A stretch of 64,000 bases of DNA. It comes from Candidatus Sulfomarinibacteraceae bacterium (GTDB lineage Bacteria; Acidobacteriota; Thermoanaerobaculia; Thermoanaerobaculales; Sulfomarinibacteraceae). The notes under the pieces were generated by a model that was given only the letters and a program-made list of their open reading frames with translations, searched no databases and was not told the DNA's origin. The stretch spans positions 672,001-736,000 of the forward strand of contig CAWCLO010000004.1 in assembly GCA_963796455.1 (NCBI GenBank), read 5' to 3'. Positions 51,082-60,728 of this stretch are shown here, in pieces (position 1 is the stretch's first letter; each line of letters begins with the position of its first letter). The position numbers and the translations under genes were made by a program.

Positions 51082-52569
51082 TCACTGTTTGGTCGACGAC
51101 AGAAATTCCTGACGAAGGAACTCGTGCATCGGACGGTTTCGTGCTTTCTCCGGAGCGGGCTCGAGATAGGCGAACGGTTGCGACTCGCCGTAGGCCAGGA
51201 TCGAATGGCACAGGGTGCAGTCATCCGAAATCCAGTCGCCGTCCACATTCTGAAGCTCGCGGGTATGGCAACGGAAACAGCCGGTGGAGCCCTGGTGGCC
51301 CAAAAAGCTGGGGTATGCGCCCCACTCGATCTTCATCCCGGGATGGACATTTCGCGCCCAGACTGCGACGAGCTCGTCGACCGCGGCGTCGATCCGGTCA
51401 TACCAGGCGGATGCATGCTTGGGGTAGTTGCGGCGGTAGAAGCTCTCGAGTCCGGCTCGGATCCCGTGCTCGGCGGCCTCCAGGGAGGGGTAGCCGCCGG
51501 TCACCGCGTCCAGGGCCTCGCGCCGGATATACGGCAGATCGCGATCGATCATTCCGAGCCGCAGCCGTTCATCCACCGCCCGCTCGGGCTCCTCGTAGAT
51601 GTGGGTCGCCCGGTTGTGACAATCGACGCAATCCATGATTCGTTCGCCGCCCTCAGCTTTTTTGTCGGTCAGCCGGGTGTTGAAAAACCTGCGGGCGCTG
51701 CCGTCCTCATCGCTGACCTCGACCCAGATCATCTCCTCACGTTTGTCATCGACTGAGGCGTAGCGAACCTCGTTGCCGTCCTGGACGTGCCAATGAACAC
51801 CGGTGTCGCCGGCGGCACCGGGATCGATCTTGAGGTTGAGGGTCGTATAGCTGGGAGTCGAGGTCTCATCGTTGGCGTAGCTGACCCGGGTCTGCAACCG
51901 GCTGCCATAGAACTTGCCCGGCCAGTGGCACTTCTCACAGGTCTCGCGGGCCGGACGCAGCTGGTGGACCGGGGTCGGGATCGGGCGTTCGTAGAGATCG
52001 AAGGTGGCGGAGACCATCTGCCAGGCGCCGTTCAGTTTCGAGTTCACGAGCGCACCGACGCCTTCGCCGACGTGGCACTCGACACACGCGACCCGTGCGT
52101 GGGGCGAGGCCTGGTAGGTGGCCCATTCCGGGCTCATGACCGAGTGGCAGGCGGTGCCGCAGAACTCGGCGCTGTCCATGAAGTGAAGCATTTTGATGCT
52201 GGCGATCCCGAGAATGAGGAGATTGGCCAACGTGAAGATCGCGACGGTCCGAAAGAGTTTCGATCCGGCCGCCTGGGCTTTGACATCGTCACTTCCGAAT
52301 CGCTTTTCGAGCAGTTCTCTGGATGACAGCCCGGTTCGCCTGCGCTGCCGAAACCATGCAATCGGTATCAGGACCAGACCCAGAACGAACATCACCGGGA
52401 AGAGCAGGTAGACGATCAACCCCACATAGGAGTTGGTCACCAGACCGAGCAACATCACCAGCTGAAAAAGGACGAAGCTGACGAATGCAGTGGTCGTCAG
52501 GATGACGCCGACCCGGCCGAGACGGTCGAGCGACACCGCACGGATGAAGTCGAGATAGCCTCGGAGCAT
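51082..52569 (-). CDS. Membrane-anchored NapC/NirT-type multiheme cytochrome c, extended
   Basis: Three N-terminal TM helices; FCGTACH (CX3CH), CVECH, CEKCH, CVDCH, CFRCH and CTLCH. Confidence 0.88.
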   Translation of the reverse strand: MLRGYLDFIRAVSLDRLGRVGVILTTTAFVSFVLFQLVMLLGLVTNSYVGLIVYLLFPVMFVLGLVLIPIAWFRQRRRTGLSSRELLEKRFGSDDVKAQAAGSKLFRTVAIFTLANLLILGIASIKMLHFMDSAEFCGTACHSVMSPEWATYQASPHARVACVECHVGEGVGALVNSKLNGAWQMVSATFDLYERPIPTPVHQLRPARETCEKCHWPGKFYGSRLQTRVSYANDETSTPSYTTLNLKIDPGAAGDTGVHWHVQDGNEVRYASVDDKREEMIWVEVSDEDGSARRFFNTRLTDKKAEGGERIMDCVDCHNRATHIYEEPERAVDERLRLGMIDRDLPYIRREALDAVTGGYPSLEAAEHGIRAGLESFYRRNYPKHASAWYDRIDAAVDELVAVWARNVHPGMKIEWGAYPSFLGHQGSTGCFRCHTRELQNVDGDWISDDCTLCHSILAYGESQPFAYLEPAPEKARNRPMHEFLRQEFLSSTKQ

Positions 52570-52571
52570 GA

Positions 52572-53900
52572 TCAGCCCTCGTCGTCGAAGAACCTCGTGT
52601 AGATCTTCTGCATGTCGCCGGAGCGAATCTGTTTCTTCAGGTCATCAGTCTGCTCGCGCACCCACTGGTGCATCGGATCGCTCGAGAGAAGGGTGTCGAT
52701 GAAGGCGTCCACCTCGGGGTCGCCGAGCTTACGGGCCTCGGGAAGGAGCCCGAAATAGAAATGCTGGGCGATGTCGTAGAAGCCGTGCCACCAGGTGTAA
52801 TCGGGGCCCATCATGGCGGCGCCGTGGCGCGCACGGCGGCCTTCGTGATGCCAGAGCTCCCAATAGATCCACTCGATCTTGTTCGAGAAGCTGGCGGGGT
52901 TATCCAACAGCTCGCGCTCCCGCACGAGTTTCATCAGATTGGTGGCAGGGATCGCGAACTTTTCGTTATACAGGCGAACCGAAGCATCGAACTGATAAAA
53001 GTGGCCATCGGTGAACGTCTTGGTGTGGCAGGCGGTGCAGACGTCTTCCATATTGGCCCGTTTGGTCTTCCAGTTGTCCTTGTGCTTGGAAACCGGGGGG
53101 CGCAGGGTCCAGGCGATGCGCTGGCCCACATCGTGGGTGATCTTCTGCTTCCGAGTCGCAGACATGTGGCAACTGGCGCAGGTCGGGGCCGCGGCATAGT
53201 CGATTCCGACGACCCACGAATCGGAGTGGAGGTTCATCATTTCTTCGTTGGTGAAGTAAGTGTTGCCGTGTTTCGACTCCTCGTAGACCTCTTTCTGCGG
53301 ATGATCCGGTCCGAGGTGGCATTTCGAACAGGCTTCGGGCTGCCGGGCCTGTGCCTTGGAGAAAGTGTGCCGTGTATGGCACGCGTTGCACGCACCCAGA
53401 GAACCGTCGGGGTTGATGCGACCGATTCCCGAGTTGGGCCAACTCCGCCGGTCCAACTTGTTGGGGCTCGACGGGTCGATCTTGACCTTGCCGCCGTGGC
53501 AGCTCTCGCAGCCGATGATCGCGACCGGGTCTCCGGCCGCCACGTGGGCGAGGTAGGCGTCCGCGGAATCAAGAATCTGCCCTGCCGATGCGTGATAGGA
53601 ATTCCCGACCTCTTCGGCGGCGCGGGCATGGCAGCGTCCACAGTCCTTGGGGGTTACGAGGGTGGCGACCAGCGCGTCGTAGTGCTGAAATGCGTCCTTG
53701 TCGTCCCGCTCGGCCTGGTGACAGCTGAGACAGGTCACGTTGTGAGCCGCATGCTCGGAGTCGAACCATTGTTTGTAGATACCTGGAGACTTCTCCTTGT
53801 GGCAGGTCATGCAGGCCCCCGCTACTTTCGGATCGTCGGCCGCTCCCACCGTCAGACTCATAACAATCGTCAGCAACGCTGCAGTTGTCACGTATCGCAT
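52572..53900 (-). CDS. Octaheme hydroxylamine oxidoreductase-family cytochrome c (reductive, epsilon-Hao-like)
   Basis: GGAGG RBS; signal peptide; eight CxxCH motifs (CMTCH, CLSCH, CGRCH, CESCH, CNACH, CSKCH, CASCH, CTACH); GIGRINPDGS, HLGPDHPQ.E.YEESKHG and GAAMMGPDYTWWHG. Confidence 0.92.
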   Translation of the reverse strand: MRYVTTAALLTIVMSLTVGAADDPKVAGACMTCHKEKSPGIYKQWFDSEHAAHNVTCLSCHQAERDDKDAFQHYDALVATLVTPKDCGRCHARAAEEVGNSYHASAGQILDSADAYLAHVAAGDPVAIIGCESCHGGKVKIDPSSPNKLDRRSWPNSGIGRINPDGSLGACNACHTRHTFSKAQARQPEACSKCHLGPDHPQKEVYEESKHGNTYFTNEEMMNLHSDSWVVGIDYAAAPTCASCHMSATRKQKITHDVGQRIAWTLRPPVSKHKDNWKTKRANMEDVCTACHTKTFTDGHFYQFDASVRLYNEKFAIPATNLMKLVRERELLDNPASFSNKIEWIYWELWHHEGRRARHGAAMMGPDYTWWHGFYDIAQHFYFGLLPEARKLGDPEVDAFIDTLLSSDPMHQWVREQTDDLKKQIRSGDMQKIYTRFFDDEG

Positions 53901-53987
53901 CTCAGGTCCTCCAGGTTTTTTGATTGGGCTCATCGTAACTCAGTTTTCGGTCCCGGCACAGGATCGTCGCACCAGTTCTATTTCGCC

Positions 53988-54001
53988 TTGACCTTGGTCA
54001 A
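53988..54001. promoter_or_regulatory. FNR/CRP-family-like box TTGAC-N4-GTCAA
   Basis: ttgaccttggtcaa has perfectly inverted half-sites and lies 88 bp upstream of the HAO start; the FNR consensus is TTGAT-N4-ATCAA. Confidence 0.6.
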
Positions 54002-54101
54002 CACCGTGAGCCCAACAGGACACAAGGCTGGCGGGCCGGAGTAGGATGGTTGCTGGCGAGTCGGCCGTGAAATCCGGCCGCAAAAACCGGACGGGGGTGA
54101 G

Positions 54102-55478
54102 GTGGTGAAAGACAAAAACCAAGAACAGATGAGCCGCCGGGACATGCTTCGACTGGGCGCAGTTGGAGCCGGCGGTCTGGTCCTCCATTCCCTGGCTTCT
54201 CCAGAAGCTCGGGCCATCGCCGGCAGCGCCACCATGATCGAGTGGGCCGATCGTCCGATGGACGTCGTCCGAATCGGTTTTGTGGGTGTCGGCGGCATGG
54301 GCACCGCCCATGTGGAGAACTTCCTCAAGATCGAAGGCGTCGAGGTCCGTGCGGTATGCGACATCGTCGAGGATCGGGTTGCCCGGGCACAAAAACTGGT
54401 GGTCGAGGCGGGACAGGAAAAACCTGCAGGATATTCCGGTGGACCGCTCGATTTTGAACGTCTGTGCGAACGGGAAGACCTCGATCTGGTCTTCACCGCC
54501 ACACCCTGGCGGTGGCACGTACCGGTTTGTGTGGCGGCGATGAAGGCCGGCAAACATGCGGCCACCGAAGTCCCCGCCGCGTTGACCCTCGACGACTGTT
54601 GGCAGCTGGTCGAGGTCTCAGAGGGCACTCGTCGTCACTGCATGATGATGGAAAACTGCAACTACGACCGTTTCGAAATGATGGCCCTCAATATGGTCCA
54701 GCAGGGTGTGCTCGGCGAGATCCTTCACGCCGATTGCGGCTATCTCCACGACCTTCGCGCCGTCAAGCACGATCTCGATGGTGAGGGCGCGTGGCGTCGA
54801 GCCCATTCCATGACCAGCAACGGCGATCTCTATCCGACCCATGGTCTCGGTCCGGTGGCACAGTGTCTGGATATCAACCGGGGAAACTCCTTTGAGACCC
54901 TGGTGGCGATGGGATCGAAAACGCGGGGTCTTCACCGCTACGCGAAACAGACTTTCGGTCCAGAGAGCGCTCAGGCGGCCGAACGATTTGTTCTTTCGGA
55001 TGTGGTGACGACGCTGATGCAGACATCGAGGGGTGAGACGGTGGTGATCACCCACGACACCAGCTCGCCGCGGCCCTACAGCAGAGACTTCAAGATCCAG
55101 GGAACCAACGGCCTGGTCCGGAAATACCCGAAACCCCTGGTCCATATCGAGGGACGAAGCGAGGCCCATCGGTGGCAGCCGGTGGATGAGTACATGGCCG
55201 AATACGACCATCCGGTATGGAAGCAACTCGAACTACAGAGCAAGGGAGCGGGCCACGGCGGCATGGACTTCATCGAGGATTTCCGTCTGATCGACGCTCT
55301 CCGCGTCGGACGTCCGCCGGACATGGATGTGTATGACGCTGCGATGATCAGTGCGGTGGTCGAGCTCAGCGGTCGATCCATCGCCCGCGGCAGCGAGCCG
55401 ATGGCATTCCCGGATTTCACCCGTGGTGGTTGGCAGGCGAAACGGCCCCTGCGCGTGATGGGGGTCGAAGCATCGTGA
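54102..55478 (+). CDS. Tat-exported Gfo/Idh/MocA protein, GH109 (alpha-N-acetylgalactosaminidase-like)
   Basis: SRRDML twin-arginine; GVGGMG, ATPWRWH, ATEVP, MMENCNY, GYLHDLR, YPTHG and GHGGMD. Confidence 0.9.
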   Translation: MVKDKNQEQMSRRDMLRLGAVGAGGLVLHSLASPEARAIAGSATMIEWADRPMDVVRIGFVGVGGMGTAHVENFLKIEGVEVRAVCDIVEDRVARAQKLVVEAGQEKPAGYSGGPLDFERLCEREDLDLVFTATPWRWHVPVCVAAMKAGKHAATEVPAALTLDDCWQLVEVSEGTRRHCMMMENCNYDRFEMMALNMVQQGVLGEILHADCGYLHDLRAVKHDLDGEGAWRRAHSMTSNGDLYPTHGLGPVAQCLDINRGNSFETLVAMGSKTRGLHRYAKQTFGPESAQAAERFVLSDVVTTLMQTSRGETVVITHDTSSPRPYSRDFKIQGTNGLVRKYPKPLVHIEGRSEAHRWQPVDEYMAEYDHPVWKQLELQSKGAGHGGMDFIEDFRLIDALRVGRPPDMDVYDAAMISAVVELSGRSIARGSEPMAFPDFTRGGWQAKRPLRVMGVEAS

Positions 55479-55506
55479 TGGACGCCGGTCCGAGACCGGG
55501 GATCCG

Positions 55507-56691
55507 GTGATGCAGGTCGGCGATCCGGCGGTGCTGCATTCCGGGGCGCGAAAAAGACGCCGGTGGTTGCGTCGGTTCTTTCGTGTCCTCCTGGTAGTTG
55601 TGGTTCTGGTCGCGGTGGTTGCCGGCTTACTCTATTGGTCCTCTGACTGGGGTGCGACCCTCGGCGGCTCGATCGAGGGGGAGCGGCTCAGACGCGTGAA
55701 CGCGAGCTCGAACTTCGCCGACGGCAGGGCCCGGAATGCCGTCGAGACGGACCTGGGTTCCGGTGATGTTGGGGAGTTCATCGTCGAGTATTTCCGAGGT
55801 GCAGAGGCGCGCAAGCCGCCGGACCCGGTTCCCATGGTGGAGACGGACCCGAGTGCCCTGCAATCGATCCAACGTCGCGGTATTCGATTCATCTGGCTCG
55901 GTCACTCATCGGTCTACCTTGAGGTAGATGGCACCCGCGTCCTCATCGACCCGGTCTGGTCGGATCGCGCTTCGCCCTTCAAGATTGTCGGACCTCAACG
56001 CAGCCATCCGGTGCCGCTGGCTCTCTCGGATCTTCCGGCGATCGATGTGGTGGTGATCTCCCATGATCACTACGATCATCTCGATCCCGGTGTCGTGCGT
56101 GAGTTGGCGCCACTGGGCGTTCAGTTTGCTGTCCCACTCGGGGTTGGAGCAGATCTCGAGGCCTGGGGCGTCGACGCGGATCAGTTGATCGAGCTTGATT
56201 GGTGGGAAGAGGCGAGGGTCGGTTCGCTGACGCTCACGGCAACCCCGGCCCGGCATTTCTCAGGATGGCAGCTTACCGACAGAGACCGTACGCTGTGGTC
56301 GTCGTGGGCTCTCGTCGGGCCGCGATCACGTGTTTTCTACAGCGGTGATACCGGTTGGCATGAGGGCTTCGAACAAATCGGGAGCCGGATCGGCCCCTTC
56401 GATCTGACGATCGTGAAGGCCGGCGCTTATGGTGACGGCTGGCCTGATATCCACCTCAACGGCATCCAGGCGGTGGAGGCGCACCTGGCGCTCAGAGGAC
56501 GGGCACTGCTGCCGGTCCACTGGTTGACCTTCGATCTCGCCCTGCACCCCTGGGCGGAGCCCATGGAGCAAGTCATCGAAACCGCCGCCGAACTCGATGT
56601 CGATGTGATCACGCCGATGCTCGGCGAGTTGGTCGACATCGGCAGGCCCCGGAGCAATGTCCGGTGGTGGGAAGCCACCCAGACTCAATAG
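55507..56691 (+). CDS. MBL-fold hydrolase (NAPE-PLD/RomA-like)
   Basis: N-terminal TM; WLGHSS, IDPVWS, SHDHYDHLD, PARHFSG, SGDTG and PVHW. Confidence 0.9.
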   Translation: MMQVGDPAVLHSGARKRRRWLRRFFRVLLVVVVLVAVVAGLLYWSSDWGATLGGSIEGERLRRVNASSNFADGRARNAVETDLGSGDVGEFIVEYFRGAEARKPPDPVPMVETDPSALQSIQRRGIRFIWLGHSSVYLEVDGTRVLIDPVWSDRASPFKIVGPQRSHPVPLALSDLPAIDVVVISHDHYDHLDPGVVRELAPLGVQFAVPLGVGADLEAWGVDADQLIELDWWEEARVGSLTLTATPARHFSGWQLTDRDRTLWSSWALVGPRSRVFYSGDTGWHEGFEQIGSRIGPFDLTIVKAGAYGDGWPDIHLNGIQAVEAHLALRGRALLPVHWLTFDLALHPWAEPMEQVIETAAELDVDVITPMLGELVDIGRPRSNVRWWEATQTQ

Positions 56692-58508
56692 CCCCTTGTG
56701 GGATCAACCACCGACAACAAAGGTTCACCGGCAACAAAGCGCCGTAGGTTTTCCCGGTAGAGAAGCCAGTGCAGTTCGCGGCCCGCATCGGACCAGGCCG
56801 CGAAGTGAGGAGTGATGATCAGATTCGGTGCCTTCCACAAAGCATGGCCGTCAGGCAGCGGTTCTGGGTCAGTAACATCGAGACCGGCACCCGCGATCGA
56901 ACCGTCTTCGAGAGCCTTGATCAGGTCAGCGGTGTTCACGGTACCACCACGACCGACGTTGATGAAAAAGGCGCTCGGTTTCATCGCTGCAAAAAGCTCG
57001 GAATTGAAACTGCCCCTGGTCTCGTCGGTCAAGGGCAGACAGTTCGCGACAACATCGGCTTCGGCGAGATAGGCCGGAAGATCCTCTCCGAGCCCGACCC
57101 GATCGACGAAGGGCGGTCCGGCGCGGCGGCTGTTGCGGATCGCGAGCACCCGCATTCCCGCGCCGTCCGCAAGGCGCGCCACTTCGGTACCGATGCCGCC
57201 CAGACCTACTACCAGCATGGTCTTGCCGCGGAGGACGGTGAGTGGAGCCGAATTCCCGATCTCGGAACGCTTCCACTGTCCCTCATTCTGGGCTGAGATG
57301 GCACCGTTGAGACCCCGCGCAAGGGCGCGTGCGAGCGCCATGACATGTTCGCCGATCGTCTTCGAGGCCAGGCGTTGTCCGTTCGTCAAGACCGCATTTC
57401 CGCCGGCGAGCTCTGGAATGCGGAGATATCGTTCGACACCGGCCGAGCCCACCTGAACCCAGCGGAGCCTGGCGCCGGAGGCCAGGAGTTCGGCCGTCGC
57501 GGTGCCGATGATCGCGTCGGCGTCAGCGACCTGCTCCATGGCCTCGGCATTGTTTTTGAAAGGCACGATCTCCACTCCCGGCGCCACCTGGGCGAGCAAG
57601 GGAAGGCGGTCGGGCCAGGTGTTGCGCCAAAGTACCTTGCGCGGTTTCGTCCAGCCCTCGTCCTCAGCGGTCGGCGACGCGCCCGGTCGGAGCCCTCGTT
57701 CCTCGATCAATTCCCACGGCGGCCTCAGACCTGCCATCTCGCCGAATACGGTGTCGAAAGCCTGCAGGGCACCTTCTGAGTCGGCTTCTCGCCAGTTCTC
57801 GAACCAGGTGGCGGAAAAGCCTGCGGCAGCATCCTGCGCTGATCTGCCGGCCAGGAGAGCGTCGCTGATATGGGTTCTGAGCCCCTGCAGCCGGTCGCGC
57901 TGTTGCGCCAGCAACTCGATGCCGCCGGGTTTGCCGGTGAAGGGAATCACCAGTTCCGGATCGAGATCCAGCAGCCGGTCCAGGACCTCGAGCCAGGCAT
58001 CGGTGTCCGAGCTTTCGGAAACGGCCATCCCGGCGTGGGTGCAGAGCCTCCCGGTGATCAGCACACGTTCCCGCGGCAGCCAAACCGCGAGATCGCCTGC
58101 GCTCGCGGCACGACCGAAATCGAAGAAGATGATCTCGCGCCCTGTCGATTTGAGGGTGAATCCAGATTCGACGACGATGGTCGACTCGCTGGCGGACGCA
58201 CCTGTTTCCGGCCTGCTGCCGGGCCACAGCAAGGTGCTTGAGTCGGCCGGCGCCGGAATCGTTTCCGCACCGGTGGCGACGACGAATCCTGGTTTGGCGT
58301 CGACGGTGGTCGCCGCCCTTTCTGTGTCGATCGCGAGCACGGTATGGCCGAAGTTGATCCACACTCGATTCGGTTCCGCACCGTCGCCGAAATCGACGAT
58401 GACTCCGGGCCGAAGTTGATGTTCGGCGCCGTGGGCGTTAAGAAATACGGCAAGGAGCACCGCAACCATGAGGAATAGGCGATGGGTCGAAAAGGGGTTG
58501 GTTTTCAT
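56685..58508 (-). CDS. Degenerate MBL-fold domain fused to a D-2-hydroxyacid dehydrogenase, with signal peptide
   Basis: C-half: GLGGIG, NVGRG, LDVTDPEP and TPH. N-half: GD..VWLP..RVLITG...W...L..L....P..VIP; N-terminal hydrophobic signal. Confidence 0.85.
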   Translation of the reverse strand: MKTNPFSTHRLFLMVAVLLAVFLNAHGAEHQLRPGVIVDFGDGAEPNRVWINFGHTVLAIDTERAATTVDAKPGFVVATGAETIPAPADSSTLLWPGSRPETGASASESTIVVESGFTLKSTGREIIFFDFGRAASAGDLAVWLPRERVLITGRLCTHAGMAVSESSDTDAWLEVLDRLLDLDPELVIPFTGKPGGIELLAQQRDRLQGLRTHISDALLAGRSAQDAAAGFSATWFENWREADSEGALQAFDTVFGEMAGLRPPWELIEERGLRPGASPTAEDEGWTKPRKVLWRNTWPDRLPLLAQVAPGVEIVPFKNNAEAMEQVADADAIIGTATAELLASGARLRWVQVGSAGVERYLRIPELAGGNAVLTNGQRLASKTIGEHVMALARALARGLNGAISAQNEGQWKRSEIGNSAPLTVLRGKTMLVVGLGGIGTEVARLADGAGMRVLAIRNSRRAGPPFVDRVGLGEDLPAYLAEADVVANCLPLTDETRGSFNSELFAAMKPSAFFINVGRGGTVNTADLIKALEDGSIAGAGLDVTDPEPLPDGHALWKAPNLIITPHFAAWSDAGRELHWLLYRENLRRFVAGEPLLSVVDPTRGY

Positions 58509-58586
58509 GCCCGCTATAGTACCTGTCCCCGGCGATTATGAGGCTTCGCTGAAATCAATGGGAAGTTGCTTTCGTTAGGAGATGAT

Positions 58587-58952
58587 GTGAAGCGAGAGGC
58601 TGAATCCGCGAGATTGCGCCGCGAACGCAGGACGGTGCGCGTGATGGTGGAGATGTATTGCGCACACAACCATGGCGGCACGCCGTTGTGTCCCGAATGC
58701 TCCTCCCTCGCCGACTATGCCGACCGGAAGCTCGATCTTTGCCCCTATCATGGTGAGAAGCCGGCCTGTACCAATTGCCCAATTCACTGTTATCGTTCGG
58801 AACCGCGTGAAATGATGCGCCAGGTCATGCGTTTTGCCGGTCCGAGGATGATTGCCAGACACCCTTATCTCGCCATCCGGCACCTCCTGGATGAACGGCG
58901 CGAGTCGCCTCCCTTGCCGGCAAAAATGGTCGATCCGACGAAGGAAGGGTGA
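58587..58952 (+). CDS. ygbA: YgbA-family (nitrous oxide-stimulated promoter) protein
   Basis: AGGAG RBS; MYCAHNH, LCPEC, CPY..EKPACTNCPIHCY and VMRFAGPRM..HP. Confidence 0.88.
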   Translation: MKREAESARLRRERRTVRVMVEMYCAHNHGGTPLCPECSSLADYADRKLDLCPYHGEKPACTNCPIHCYRSEPREMMRQVMRFAGPRMIARHPYLAIRHLLDERRESPPLPAKMVDPTKEG

Positions 58953-58989
58953 TGACGATGGCTGAGGTAGAATTCCCTCGGAGTTTTTG

Positions 58990-59382
58990 ATGAATAAAAG
59001 TAGTGTGTCTAGATTTGTGGCGGTAGCTCTGCTCGTGTTTTCGCTCGCGTGCTCGACCCGGCAACCCACGGATGAAAACACCCTTCGGGCCAGTTTTTTT
59101 CAGAACGCGGACCGCGTGTGGTCGGCGATTCAGATGTCACTGATCGATCTCGATTACGAGATGGGGGACTCCAATCGGATGGATGGCACGATGAGCGCAT
59201 CTTCATCCGTCGGCGAGACCACGATCGAGCTCGATATCAGGCAGATCCAGTACACCGAGGACCAGGTGAACGTCTTTGTCAGACCGGTTGACGGTGGCGG
59301 CACGACCGCTGCCGAGGCCGGCGCTCTCAGGGCTGCCGGGGACGCCTTCATGAAGCTTCTCAGCAGCAAGCTCGGCGGTTGA
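58990..59382 (+). CDS. Hypothetical lipoprotein
   Basis: SLAC lipobox; alpha/beta body (DRVWSAI..SL..LDY). Confidence 0.75.
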   Translation: MNKSSVSRFVAVALLVFSLACSTRQPTDENTLRASFFQNADRVWSAIQMSLIDLDYEMGDSNRMDGTMSASSSVGETTIELDIRQIQYTEDQVNVFVRPVDGGGTTAAEAGALRAAGDAFMKLLSSKLGG

Positions 59383-59462
59383 TTTTGCCAGTGCGTTCGT
59401 GAATCCGGGTCCGGATCTGACGCTGCTGAACCGGAGGGGCCGTCCTACGGTGCAATTGTCTG

Positions 59463-60728
59463 ATGATTGACCAGGCCGGAGGCGGCCGCCTGAGGAATGT
59501 GGCCCGGGTTGTCGGACCAGGTCTGGCGATTGCCGCCACCGGTGTCGGGGCCGGCGATCTGCTGGCCGCTATGGTGGCCGGGGCGGATTTCGGCACCGCC
59601 CTGATGTGGGTCATCGTGGTCGGGGCGGCGCTCAAGCTCGGCCTCAACGAGGGTGTTGCGAGATGGCAGCTCGCCACCGGCACCACCCTGCTCGAGGGCT
59701 GGTGCCGCTACCTCGGGTGGCCCATGAGGGCCTATTTCCTCATCTATCTGGTCGTGTGGAGCTTTATCGTCGCCGGTGGATTGATGAGTGCCTGTGGGGT
59801 CGCGGCACACGCTTTGTGGCCGGTCATGAGCATCAGGAGCTGGGCGATCGTCCATTCCCTCGCCGCGCTGGGATTGGTCGCTTTCGGGCGTTACAGTTTG
59901 TTCGAAAATACGATGAAGGTGCTGATCGGTCTCATGACATTGACCCTGCTCGGAAGCGTCGCGATGGTGGGGGTCGATCTTCCCGGTCTGATGCGCGGTC
60001 TGTTTCCATCCCTTCCCTCGGGCTCCGCCCCGGCAGTGCTCAGCTTGATGGGTGGAGTGGGCGGCAGCGTGACGCTTCTCGCCTATGGCTACTGGATTCG
60101 TGAGAAGGGGTGGCGGGGTAGGGGAGCGATCCATAACGTCCGGATCGATCTGACGGTGGGATATGCCCTGACGGGGCTCTTTGGTGTTGCGATGCTGTTG
60201 TTGTCGGCCGCCGTGCTTGGCGGCGGGCAGGGTATGCCGCCCGGCAGCCAGGCCCTCGTGGCCTGCGCGGACGCCGTGCGCGAAGCGACCGACCTCCGTT
60301 TTGGCGGCGCTGTCGGTGGCGCTGTGGCCGGCATCTTTTTGACCGGCGTCTGGGGGGCGGTCTTCACCAGTACCCTCGGAGTCTGGAACGGCGTCCCCTA
60401 CCTTTTTGCAGATTTCTTGAACGCGTTGCGAGGACGTTTCGACGCGGATGTCGAGACCCGCGGAGCGGCTTACCGAACATACCTCGTGTATCTGGCCGTC
60501 CCGCCGATGCTCCTGCTCTTTCTCGACCGACCGATCTGGGTGATCAAGCTCTACACCTTGACCGGCGGCCTCTTCATGCCGGTCCTCGCCGCAACCCTGT
60601 TGTGGCTGAACTCGCGACGCGACCTCGTCGGGGATCTCAAAAACGGCCGGCTCGCCGTGGCCGTCCTGATGCTCTCGCTCGGTTTATTCGCCGTCATCGC
60701 GTGGCGGCAGTTGGCCGATCTCTTCTGA
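59463..60728 (+). CDS. NRAMP-family (YcsG-like) transporter
   Basis: GPGLAIAATGVGAGDL, LNEGVARWQLATG and MGGVGG; about 11 TM helices. Confidence 0.88.
   Translation: MIDQAGGGRLRNVARVVGPGLAIAATGVGAGDLLAAMVAGADFGTALMWVIVVGAALKLGLNEGVARWQLATGTTLLEGWCRYLGWPMRAYFLIYLVVWSFIVAGGLMSACGVAAHALWPVMSIRSWAIVHSLAALGLVAFGRYSLFENTMKVLIGLMTLTLLGSVAMVGVDLPGLMRGLFPSLPSGSAPAVLSLMGGVGGSVTLLAYGYWIREKGWRGRGAIHNVRIDLTVGYALTGLFGVAMLLLSAAVLGGGQGMPPGSQALVACADAVREATDLRFGGAVGGAVAGIFLTGVWGAVFTSTLGVWNGVPYLFADFLNALRGRFDADVETRGAAYRTYLVYLAVPPMLLLFLDRPIWVIKLYTLTGGLFMPVLAATLLWLNSRRDLVGDLKNGRLAVAVLMLSLGLFAVIAWRQLADLF

Noticed and set aside
55929..55936. TGGCACCC copy outside the island
   Set aside because: It lies inside the MBL coding sequence (D-G-T-R codons) with no partner or extension; a chance occurrence.
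58545..58558. FNR-like site upstream of ygbA (ttcgctgaaatcaa)
   Set aside because: Only one good half-site.
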